DNA of 64,000 nucleotides from an uncultured Planctomycetota bacterium (lineage in GTDB: Bacteria > Planctomycetota > Planctomycetia > Isosphaerales > Isosphaeraceae): the NCBI GenBank assembly GCA_963845755.1, contig CAWJTV010000034.1, positions 576,001 to 640,000 on the forward strand, read 5' to 3'. Positions 22,320 to 31,700 of the stretch are shown here, in pieces; positions within the stretch are counted from its first letter, which is position 1, and every line of letters begins with the position of its first letter. Position numbers and translations under genes: made by a program. The notes under the pieces are model-generated. The model had not been told where the DNA came from. It worked only from the letters and a program-made list of their open reading frames with translations, and made no database searches.

Positions 22320-22619
22320 TCAAATCGAGCCGGCCACAACCTCGGGATAAACGATCAGATGGTCGCCGTTCTGGATCCCGCCCTCCACCAGTGTCCAGCT
22401 CTCGAGCAATCGACGGCCCCCTTCTTTGTGGTCCAGGGCGTAGCTCATCGGCTGTCCGTCGGGACTGGTCGCGGGTAGATTCATCTTGGTGATGATGTTC
22501 GGGATGATCCGGCTTACAGGCACGCTGAAGGCGATGACCGCCTTGACCGATTTGGCTCCAGTCTGATCCAGGAAGGTGACCTGGATACCACTGGGATCGG
22601 CATTTCCGCCGTATGACAT
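22320..22619 (-). CDS. Ubiquitin-like beta-grasp protein (YukD/EsaB-like) ending ...EVVAG-SI
   Basis: 99 aa; TLVEGGIQNGDHLIVYP resembles ubiquitin TLSDYNIQKESTLHLV; Gly is two residues from the C-terminus; strong AGGAGG RBS near 22630-22635; first gene of the E2-E1-JAB run. Confidence 0.85.
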   Translation of the reverse strand: MSYGGNADPSGIQVTFLDQTGAKSVKAVIAFSVPVSRIIPNIITKMNLPATSPDGQPMSYALDHKEGGRRLLESWTLVEGGIQNGDHLIVYPEVVAGSI

Positions 22620-23008
22620 GGTCAGGATACCTCCTCAGCATACCATTCGGGCGTCATCCCGAAATATTGGGGACATGCCGCCCCGTTTTGGGGTATTCCA
22701 GGTGATCCGGCGCCCTGGTCGCAATACCCTAGACAACAGGATAACGCGATTGCCGCCCGCGCGAAACAGGTTGTTCGCCGATTTCTCGCGCCGCGCCGCC
22801 TCCCGGCATCGTGGTCACGGTCCCGAGGGCGTTCGAAAAGCCGCGGAGGGGCGATCCAACTCATGGCCGTGCCTTGAGTTGGATCGCCCCTCCGGAGCGA
22901 CACCGTGCGAGATGAAACGAAGGGACGAAGCCGGCTTTGATGCTTCGTTCCTCACCACCTGACCACGATCGAAAGCATTGCGAGCCTCGCCGCAACCGTT
23001 CGACCTGA

Positions 23009-23188
23009 TCAGGTGACCGTTCGGAACAGGGTCATGCTCAGCACCCCGATGACCGCGAAGACCACCAGGAACACGAAGAACAACACCTTGGCGATATCCT
23101 CAAACCCGCTAGCCAGGCCACCGAACCCGAGCACAGCCGCGATGCCGGCGAACACGAGGAAGATGAGGGCCCACTTGAGCAACGACAT
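23009..23188 (-). CDS. DUF1328 (UPF0391/YtjA-like) small membrane protein
   Basis: Manual translation, 59 aa: [48 protein letters not shown]...; GGAGG RBS. Confidence 0.88.
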   Translation of the reverse strand: MSLLKWALIFLVFAGIAAVLGFGGLASGFEDIAKVLFFVFLVVFAVIGVLSMTLFRTVT

Positions 23189-23361
23189 GGTAATCCTCCA
23201 TCTCGATCGAAGACCGAGGGGTTGTTGGAACTCTTAAGAACCGAGCGTCTTTCAGCCAGGCCGTGGGTCAGCCGGCTCCTGATTCCATCAGAAGTGCAAT
23301 TTCAGTGCCGCTTCGCACCGAGAACCATGCGGTGTGGCCGGATCGAGAACCCCGACGGCTG

Positions 23362-23482
23362 AGAGTCTGTCCCAGAAGGGCGAGCGGGGGCGTCAGTCCC
23401 CTGTCCGGTGAGCGACGGACCTCCAAGACAGGGGGCTGACGCCCCCCGCTCGCCCGGACCGGCCTCGTCTGGGACAGACTCT
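23362..23482. repeat. 121-bp nested palindrome (MITE/REPIN-like)
   Basis: Perfect 15-bp outer IR AGAGTCTGTCCCAGA / TCTGGGACAGACTCT; near-perfect inner IR GGGCGAGCGGGGGCGTCAGTCCCCTGTC / GACAGGGGGCTGACGCCCCCCGCTCGCCC. Confidence 0.8.
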
Positions 23483-23777
23483 TCACCGAGCGACTTGGCC
23501 ACGGAGAATGAGAATCTCCGATCTTCCGCCGAACCGAGCCGGGTCGGCAAGCGGGGCACGGCCGTGATCCCGGCTGCCCTCGGGCGACGCGACAACCTTC
23601 CGGACCCTGACCTGTGGACCGGGACTTCCTCGACGCCAACATCTTGCGATCGGACGCCTGGCGGTCGGGTGCAGCCCTCCAACGGCTCTGGCGCCTGGAA
23701 GGCGTGGACGACCGAGGTGGGCGTGTTCACGCCTCACACGCCCCGGCGTCGATCACCGGCTCCTCGTCGATTCCGAA

Positions 23778-24221
23778 TTAGCGGGTCCCAGCCGCCGTGT
23801 TCGCGGCGTTCCGTGTTGGGGCCGCATAGACCGCGGGATAGCCGAAACCCATCGGCGGAGGGCCGTAAGGATTGGCGTAGTAGGGACAAAGATCTTCCTT
23901 CCCGAGGACGTCGGAGCACCAGTTCCGCAGGGAGAGCTGTCTGAGGACATAGCCATGGGGATGATGATGGCCCATCCCATGGCCGCGCGTATAGGGATAG
24001 CCCAACCCGAGATCGTAAGAGTCAAGCCCGGAACCCCCATGCCCCGGAACGAGATAAGCGGCACCGCCCGTAGGCGTGCCGTAAGCGCCGTAGACGGCAC
24101 CGCTGTCCTGTGCTCTGGCCGAAGATCCCGCGAGGACATAGAGCCCCAATCCCAGGGCGATCGCCCTCGAAGGCAATCGACCAACGATCCGCGCCAGCGA
24201 AATCATGACTATTGTCCTCAC
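23778..24221 (-). CDS. Hypothetical secreted Gly/Tyr/His-rich protein
   Basis: Signal-peptide-like ALGLGLYVLAGSSARA followed by a low-complexity body. Confidence 0.45.
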   Translation of the reverse strand: MRTIVMISLARIVGRLPSRAIALGLGLYVLAGSSARAQDSGAVYGAYGTPTGGAAYLVPGHGGSGLDSYDLGLGYPYTRGHGMGHHHPHGYVLRQLSLRNWCSDVLGKEDLCPYYANPYGPPPMGFGYPAVYAAPTRNAANTAAGTR

Positions 24222-24448
24222 GTGAAATCATTATCACTTCGTCGATTTGCTGAGAGCTGCACCGGAAGGTTCGTCGGGTGAGGCTTGCGGGTTGCCCGGT
24301 CTTCCGCGTCAATTATACAACGGATTTCGGGCCAACTCGGCGTTGAGTGGCTCGTCTTGCTCGTCGTTCGGTTTATCGCGACGATGCGGATTCCACCGAT
24401 CTTGACAGTTCAACCGGACGCGATGATCTCCCTGGCGCCCGGCGGCAC

Positions 24449-25484
24449 TCAGTCATCGACGTGGGTAAGCTCAACGGCCTGCAACCAATAGAGTTGGAGA
24501 CCGAACCACAGATTGTAGTCGTCGATCCTCGCACCGCAGGAGAGGACGACCGAACCGTTGGGTTGACGTTCGATCTTGAGTTGGTCACGCAAAGCCTGCT
24601 TACCAAATTGGGCCTCCGGAAGCCATTCCTCCTTGAGCTTGTCGATATTCACATCAGTACCCGTCTTGGGAGTGTAGACGACACGGAACTCGTCGCGCAG
24701 GAATGAGGCGGTCGCCCCGACAGCGTGGACTTTCTCCTGGGCCTTGGGAACGTGCCGGAGCATCCACGCCGGGGCGTCGAAGTCAACCTGTTTCCATTCG
24801 GGCAAGTTATCAGGGAGAGCACGAGCCTGGGGAGCCTCATCCACCCGCCGGAGCACCGATTCGAGATAGCGATCGCTGCTCGCGCAGAGCACCGTGTTGG
24901 GCTTGAGCAGGACGTAGTACGTTCCCTGCCACTTGGTCTGAATGAACCCAGACTCCATGACCGTCGTTGAAGGAAATACGAAGACTTCGCGACCGACCAG
25001 GGTCCTCACGGCCCTGGCTCCTTTGCGGAGACTTTCCGTCCATTCCTTGGCCACATTGCCGAGGTCTTTCTCGAAGACGATGATCGCGCAACTTTCACTG
25101 CGGCAGACTGCCGAAACTGCTGACACTCTCGAAGTTCCTGGCGCCGTTGACGATGCATTCGATCTTGCGGCTCCGCAGGGGCTTCGAATACTTCCCGTCG
25201 TCCAGATACAGATCACCGGTCGCCAAGCCCACCCCGATATCCTGCCACCGAACCTTCTCGGGTCCGTCCGGATTGCGATCCGGCAGGGTCACGGAACGGG
25301 CCACGAATAGGGTTTCGGTGTCTTCCGGAAGCCATCGCAATACGCGTTCGACACTCGGAGGCAGCCGTCTGGGCGGATCGTCTTTCGCGAACAGATAGTG
25401 CGGGGCCAGGCACAGGAGCGCCAGGGCAAGTAGCAGCCGGCAGGGAAGTCTCAACGGTTCGCCTTGATGGGGAGCAACTCGCAT
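24449..25484 (-). CDS. Hypothetical exported protein (frameshift near 25100)
   Basis: Signal peptide LLLALALLCLAPHYLFA; two contiguous ORF halves with globular composition. Confidence 0.5.
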
Positions 25485-25653
25485 CGCGGCTCCTTCCTCC
25501 AAATCGGATCTCCGGTCTAATGAAGGCTCCCTCGAGGATACCGCACCAAAGGTTTTGTCGCGAGATTCCGCCTCTCGACAACGCGGCGCGTCTGGCCCAT
25601 ACTCGCGACAATCGCGGGCGTCCGTCCCGCATATTCTCGATCTGGGAGTCGCC

Positions 25654-26739
25654 ATGAGGATCTTTTTCGACGGCCACCTGGACCTGTCATGGAACGCGCT
25701 TTCCTGGGGCCGGGATATCACGCTCGACCTGGACGCCTTGAACGCGAGCGAGCGGGGGATGACGGATCATCCGGCGCGGGGTCGAGCGACGACCACGCTG
25801 CCAGAGATGCGCCGGGGTTCGATCGCGGCCTGTCAGGCGACCCTGCTGGCCCGGGCCCGTCCCGAGGGACGGCCGCACGACGGACCGACTCGATTGAACC
25901 TCGACTTCGCCAACCAGGAAATCGCCTCGGCGACGGCCCGCGGCCAGCTCGCCTATTACGAGTTGCTCGAGCGCCGCGGGCTGATGCGGATGATCCGGAC
26001 CGTGGGCGAGCTCGACGCCCACTGGCAGAGCTGGTCAACCGATCCGGATTCCACGCCGATCGGTTATATCCTGGCCATGGAAGGCGCCGATCCGATCGTC
26101 GATGTCGATCACGCCGCCGCCTGGTGGGAACTGGGGCTCCGCTCGGTGAACCTGGCCCACTACGGCAAGAGCCGGTACGCGGTCGGGACCGGGGGCGACG
26201 GACCGCTCACTCCGGACGGAATCCTGCTCCTGAAGGAGTTCGAACGGCTCGGCATGATACTAGACGCGACCCACCTCTCGGACACCAGCTTCTTCCAGGC
26301 GCTCGACGTCTTCAGTGGGCCGGTGCTGGCCAGTCACAACAACTGCCGGGTGCTCGTCCCCGACGGCCGGCAGTTCAGCGACGAGCAGATCCGACTGCTG
26401 ATCGACCGCGGTGCCGTCATCGGCGCGGCCCTCGACGCCTGGATGCTCGTCCCCGGCTGGATCCGGGGCCAGACCACGCGCGAAGCGGTCGGTCTCGAGG
26501 CCGTGGCCGACCACATCGATCGCGTCTGCCAGATCGCCGGTAACGCCCGTCACGCCGCCATCGGCAGCGACCTCGACGGCGGCTTCGGCACCGAGCAGGT
26601 CCCGATCGGCCTCGACCGGATTTCGGAACTCCAGAAGGTCAACGGCATCCTGTCCGATCGCGGCTATCCTTCCGAAGACATCGACGCCATCTTCCACGGC
26701 AACTGGCTCCGGTTCTTCCGGGAGCACCTTCCGCGCTGA
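25654..26739 (+). CDS. Membrane dipeptidase (peptidase M19)
   Basis: FDGHLD, LAMEGAD, ILDATHLSD, ASHNN, IGSDLDGG, GNWLRF. Confidence 0.92.
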   Translation: MRIFFDGHLDLSWNALSWGRDITLDLDALNASERGMTDHPARGRATTTLPEMRRGSIAACQATLLARARPEGRPHDGPTRLNLDFANQEIASATARGQLAYYELLERRGLMRMIRTVGELDAHWQSWSTDPDSTPIGYILAMEGADPIVDVDHAAAWWELGLRSVNLAHYGKSRYAVGTGGDGPLTPDGILLLKEFERLGMILDATHLSDTSFFQALDVFSGPVLASHNNCRVLVPDGRQFSDEQIRLLIDRGAVIGAALDAWMLVPGWIRGQTTREAVGLEAVADHIDRVCQIAGNARHAAIGSDLDGGFGTEQVPIGLDRISELQKVNGILSDRGYPSEDIDAIFHGNWLRFFREHLPR

Positions 26740-26811
26740 GCCTGGTAGCCAAGAAACCGGGGTGGTAGAATTCCGTTTAGGCTGTCAAGAGGGCGGATCG
26801 GGGAGACGGTT

Positions 26812-27339
26812 GTGGCGAAACGAGATGCGGTGGCACGGAAGCGGAGGACGAGGGAGCACATCATCGCGTCCATCAGCCGCAATTACGTGGAGAGGTTTAT
26901 TCTTGCAAAGGGCCATACTTCGGAGCGTCGGGTCAACGACTATGGTATCGACCTTAACGTGGGAACTTTCGATGAGGATGGATACCCCGAAGGTGGGTTA
27001 GTACTGATCCAGCTCAAGGCTACCGACCAGCTCGTAAGGTGGAAACGCGACGAGTGTGTTTGGGTCAACATCGAGGTGGGGCATTATTTGGGGTGGATTG
27101 ATGAGCCGATGCCGGTCTTCCTGATCCTCTACGATGCCCAACAAGAAAGCGCGTATTGGGTCCACATCCAGGATTACTTCGCGGCGGATCCTTCACAGAG
27201 ACCGAAGCGAGGCGCCAAGACACTCAGGATGTACATCCCGCTGGCCAACGAGTTCACGGGCGATACTGTTGATTACATGAGGGCCAAGAAAGCTGAGATC
27301 CTGGCCAAGGATCGACGAAGGAGGAGACGCCGTGGTTAA
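26812..27339 (+). CDS. DUF4365 PD-(D/E)xK-like protein, copy 1
   Basis: RTREHII..NDYGID..IQLKAT..PVFLILYDA..AYW. Confidence 0.8.
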   Translation: MAKRDAVARKRRTREHIIASISRNYVERFILAKGHTSERRVNDYGIDLNVGTFDEDGYPEGGLVLIQLKATDQLVRWKRDECVWVNIEVGHYLGWIDEPMPVFLILYDAQQESAYWVHIQDYFAADPSQRPKRGAKTLRMYIPLANEFTGDTVDYMRAKKAEILAKDRRRRRRRG

Positions 27340-27754
27340 GAACGTTACCTATGGTCAGCTCCGGAAGGTCTTGTTGTCCCTCGGTTGCGAACCGGTTCCC
27401 TCGAAGGAGAATCACTTCGTTTTCGATCACCCGAGGAGTAATCTTCTCATCATTCTCCGACGGGGTACCGACGACCAACTCGTGCGGCCCATGGACTTGT
27501 CGAGTGTTCGGAGTCAGCTCGTAGGTCATGGTCTGATCAAGGACGATGAAGAGGCGTTTGATTCACTTTTCCTGATCCGGAAAGGCGACCGCCTGATCTG
27601 GACCGACCCGAAGACCGGGAAGGAAGCGAAGGTCACGGCAGCGGCCGGAGAAAGCGATGGGTTAGTGGTCGTCAAGGAGAATGGTCGGCTGGTGCCATGT
27701 CCGGTCGATCAGGTGAAGCGGGTCAATCGCGCTGCGACGGCCAGCAGGAAGTGA
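27332..27754 (+). CDS. HicA-like domain plus small C-terminal beta-barrel domain, copy 1
   Basis: TYGQLRKVLLSLG...ENHFVFDHP fits the HicA pattern with His retained; overlaps the upstream gene by 8 bp. Confidence 0.55.
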   Translation: MVKNVTYGQLRKVLLSLGCEPVPSKENHFVFDHPRSNLLIILRRGTDDQLVRPMDLSSVRSQLVGHGLIKDDEEAFDSLFLIRKGDRLIWTDPKTGKEAKVTAAAGESDGLVVVKENGRLVPCPVDQVKRVNRAATASRK

Positions 27755-27804
27755 CAGGTTGGACGATCCGAAACTCGTGCCGGCAAAGGGATTGCGGAGG
27801 CAAT

Positions 27805-28332
27805 ATGGCGACGCCCGATGCGATGGACCGCATGCCGGAACGAACCCGAGAGCACGTCATCGCCGCCATGGGTTTCATCCATGTTCTGAAAGCATTCATC
27901 GACAAGGTGCATATAGGTGATCGACCCCGTGAGGACTACGGCTACGATCTGATCGCCACGACCTTCGACGAGAGCGGATACCAGGAGGACGGCGAAATCC
28001 GGGTCCAGATCAAGGCTACCGATATACTTGAGAAGTACCGACATAAGGGTTTCCTGGCGTGCGAGATCGAACGCAAGCATTACAACTTGTGGATGAATAC
28101 GGATATGCCGGTCTTTCTCATCCTGTATGACGCTCAGGAAAAGAGGGCCTATTGGCGATACGTGCAGCCGTATTTCGTCGCGGGATCGCGGCGAAGGCCG
28201 AAGGCAGGCACCAAGACAGTCACGGTCCGCATCCCTATGACCCATGAGTTCTCTGAGGACACAGTTGATTATATGCGGGCCAAGAAGGCTGCAATCCTGG
28301 CCCAACAGGGAAAGGTGATTCACCATGATTGA
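27805..28332 (+). CDS. DUF4365 PD-(D/E)xK-like protein, copy 2
   Basis: RTREHVI..EDYGYD..VQIKAT..PVFLILYDA..AYW; GGAGG before ATG at 27805. Confidence 0.8.
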   Translation: MATPDAMDRMPERTREHVIAAMGFIHVLKAFIDKVHIGDRPREDYGYDLIATTFDESGYQEDGEIRVQIKATDILEKYRHKGFLACEIERKHYNLWMNTDMPVFLILYDAQEKRAYWRYVQPYFVAGSRRRPKAGTKTVTVRIPMTHEFSEDTVDYMRAKKAAILAQQGKVIHHD

Positions 28333-28744
28333 GAAGATCACCTATGCAAAATTCCGCGAAGTGCTGTCGTCCCTGGGTTATGCCCCTGAAGAGTTCGGAG
28401 GCAATAGTGTCGTCTTCCGCAATCCCAAACACCGTTTAAGAGTCTTCCTACCGAAGCTCTCCGATAGGCAATTCGTGCCGCCTATCGAGTTGATGAGCGC
28501 CCGCAACAGTCTGATTGGAAACGGCGTCGTTCGCGATGAATACGGATTCGACTCGCTCTTCCTGATCCGCAAAGGCGACCGGTTGCTCTGGACCGACCCG
28601 GAGACCGGGAAGGAAGCGAAGGTCACGGCAGCGGCCGGGGAGAGCGATGGGTTAGTAGTCGTCAAGCAGAACGGCACGTTGTTGCCGTGTCCGGTCGATC
28701 AGGTGAAGCGGGTCAAGCGGGCCGCGACGGCCACCAGGAAATAG
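28325..28744 (+). CDS. HicA-like domain plus C-terminal beta-barrel domain, copy 2
   Basis: TYAKFREVLSSLGY..GNSVVFRNP (His absent); C-terminal half is nearly identical to copy 1. Confidence 0.55.
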   Translation: MIEKITYAKFREVLSSLGYAPEEFGGNSVVFRNPKHRLRVFLPKLSDRQFVPPIELMSARNSLIGNGVVRDEYGFDSLFLIRKGDRLLWTDPETGKEAKVTAAAGESDGLVVVKQNGTLLPCPVDQVKRVKRAATATRK

Positions 28745-28748
28745 CACG

Positions 28749-31700
28749 TTGGACGACCTTAACGCGGTGACAGCGGCCTGGCGCGAGGCAGCACGCGGGC
28801 TCTGTGGAACAACCGCCGGGATCCCGGTGGACGGCGCCGCGCGCACCGGCAATGGCGCGTCCGCGACCCTGGTGGACCGGCTCGATGCCATCGGGGAGGG
28901 GATCCGGCTGAGGCGCCGGCTCGATGGGCTGGTCCAGGATGAGGCGACCGAATCGAGCCGGCGCGCGGTGGTGTACCAGTTAAGCGACCTGCAACGGTCC
29001 GCGGGCGAGGAGCTGACCGGGTTGAGGCCCGGCACGGCCCGGCACCGTGAGGTCGCGACCCGCGCCCGGGAATGGCTGGCTGAGGCGCGGGTCGCCGTGC
29101 GGAACGCGCTGACCGTGCTCCAGTTCGAGCCGTTACACCAGGCCATGGCGCTGGAGGCGCTGCGGGCCGACCTCGAATGGTTGAGCGCCGTCGTGGCCCG
29201 GCTCGACGGCGAGGCGCCGCTGGCCCCGACGGTCTGGATGGACGTCGAGGTGGAGCGGTTGCGCAGCTCGCTGAGCCCGCCGGACGGCCGGCATCCCGAT
29301 CCGCAAGATGAGCCCTTGTGCACCCGTTGCGAACGGATGAAGGCGGGACTGCTGGAGCGTCGAGTCCGTCGCGAGCTGGCCCGGCCGATGTTCGGTGCCA
29401 GTCCTGAGCCGCTCTGGATCCAGCGGTTCCACCTGTCGCGGCTCCAGGCCCAGGTCGCCGCCCTGGACCTGGCCGCGGACGCAAACCTCAGCCCCGCGGG
29501 CGTTTCCGAAAAGCCCGGCGATTGGTTGGAAGACCTGAGCCGGCGTCGCGTCGAGCTGGCCGCCGCGGCCGACGATCGCATGGCGGCATTGCCGCCGTCC
29601 GGCCGCCGCGAAGCCTCCACCGCGATCATCCCGGCGGCTTTCGACGAGGTCGGCGAGATCACGGCGTTCCTCGGCCAGATGCCGCCCCGCCGCGCCGTCC
29701 GCCGGCTGGAGCTCGCCGAGGAGGACCTGGGTCGGCTCGCCGAATCGTGCCGGCGCTGGGCCAGCGACGCCGCGCGCGGCTCCGACCCCCCGTCCCACCC
29801 CGATTCGCTCCGGCCGACCGGGAGTGCGGACATCGCGGCGCCCGCCGATGACCCGAACGCCAGTTCGATCGGCATCGCGGAGGAGGCGGACGAATTGTCT
29901 CGGACCGACGATCGTGCCGAGGCACGCGAGGCGGCCGCGCTCCTGCGGCGCCAGTCTCGCCGGGTCGATCGCCTCGCGCCACGGGTCCACCGAGAATGGC
30001 AGGAGACGCTGTTGAATCTCCGCCTGACCTCGCTCCTCGGCCGCCGCGTGGTGACCTTCCTCGAGAACCTGGTACTGATCCTGATCCCGGTGCTCATCGG
30101 GCTCATCGCCGCCGAGTATCTGCTCGAGAGATCGCATCCGCTCTCGGCCGCCCAGCACCGGTTCTTCGCCTGGGCCGATCTGGCCGTCTGCTCGGTGTTC
30201 CTCCTCGATCTGGGCCTCAAGCTCTGCCTGGCTCCGGATCGGTTGGCGTACTTCCTCCACCACCTGGTGGTCAACCTGATCCCCTCGCTCCCGTTCGGGT
30301 TCGTCTCCCACGAGATCGACCTGGCCGACCTCGGTACGGCGGCGGCCAGCGAATCGGGCACTCTGGAAGTCCTGGCCGAATACGGACGGATGGCCCAGGT
30401 GCTCCGTTTTGCCCGGCTGGTGCTGCCCATCGCCCGACTCACACGGGTGGGCCTGATCTTCCTGAGACTGAGCGATCGACTGGTCCGCCGCATGGCCGTC
30501 CTGCTCAACCGCAATATCATCCTGTTCGAGCCGTCAACGACGCAGAAGCCCGAATCCAGCGATCGGCACCGACTGCTGGCGATCCGGAGCGAGCTGGAGC
30601 ACGCCCGAGCGGCGATCGAAAGCCGGCTTGACCGGGAACAGCGCAGGGAGCTGGTCGCCCGGGTCCTGTCCGACTTCGATGGCCTGATCCAGGGGCTGCC
30701 CGCCCCGGCCCTGGAGGGGACTCATCCGGACGAGGAGCAACGCGAGATCCCGGTCGAGGCGGTGGTCGAGCGGCTGATCCAGATGACTCCCGAGCGGCTC
30801 ATCGACCGGATGGGCCCGTCGTCCGTTCTCGCCGTGGACCGGTATCTCCGCCTGCTCAACGCCCCACTGATCCGCCGCCTGCCGCTGGCTCGAAAGCTAG
30901 CGAGCGTCCGCGAGAAGAGCCCGGCGGAGGCGGTGGCCCTGGCCGCCAACTACCTGGGTCACCTGATCCAGCGCGGGCTGGATGCCGCCTACTTCCTGGC
31001 CGACTTGCAGGGCACGCTCTCCCCGCCGGTCTTCCTCGACCGCCTGGGCGCCACGATCGTCAACGCCACTCGTACACCGGCCAAGCGGCTGCTCTGGCTC
31101 GGCTCCGCCTGCTTCATCCTGTTCCTGATCGTCAATGTCGTCGCCTTCCCGAAACCGATCGTCCGGGTGGTCAACAAGATCCAGACCTTGCTCGGCTGGC
31201 CGGTAATCGTCCTGGGCGTGATCTGCCTGGCCTTGTGGACCCTGGGGGCGTGGTTCCGCAAGATCGCCAACCAGGCGGCCGATTTCAGCGAGCGGATCGT
31301 GGAGGCGCAGTTCGCCGCCCATACCAAGAGCTTGAAATCCCGGCGCCGCGATCAGGATGCCCAGTTCCTGGCCGAGCGAGTCATCGACCCGGAGCTGCTC
31401 CTCCGTTCCTCGGACGATCGGATCGTGATGCCCGCGGGCTCGGGCGAGGCCGAGGCGGCCGCGCGGTCCGGCTGGGTCCTCTTCGAGAACCGCGAGCTGG
31501 CGTTCTTGCGGAACGTCCGCCTGCTGTACCAGGATTACCTGGACGGCTCGCCGCTGCACCGCAGCGACACCAAGGCCTCGATCCAGCTCCTGGGCAACCT
31601 GGCGCTGACCAACCTGCGGCGCAGCCATCTCCGGCACCTGCTGCGAGAGAGCCGAACGCTCGACCGTCTCGACCTGAGCCGGTCCGGCGGCCTGTTCGGC

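Noticed and set aside
22320..22619. YukD/EsaB of a type VII secretion system
   Set aside because: There are no WXG100 or FtsK/EssC genes in the window, and the context is E1/E2/JAB.
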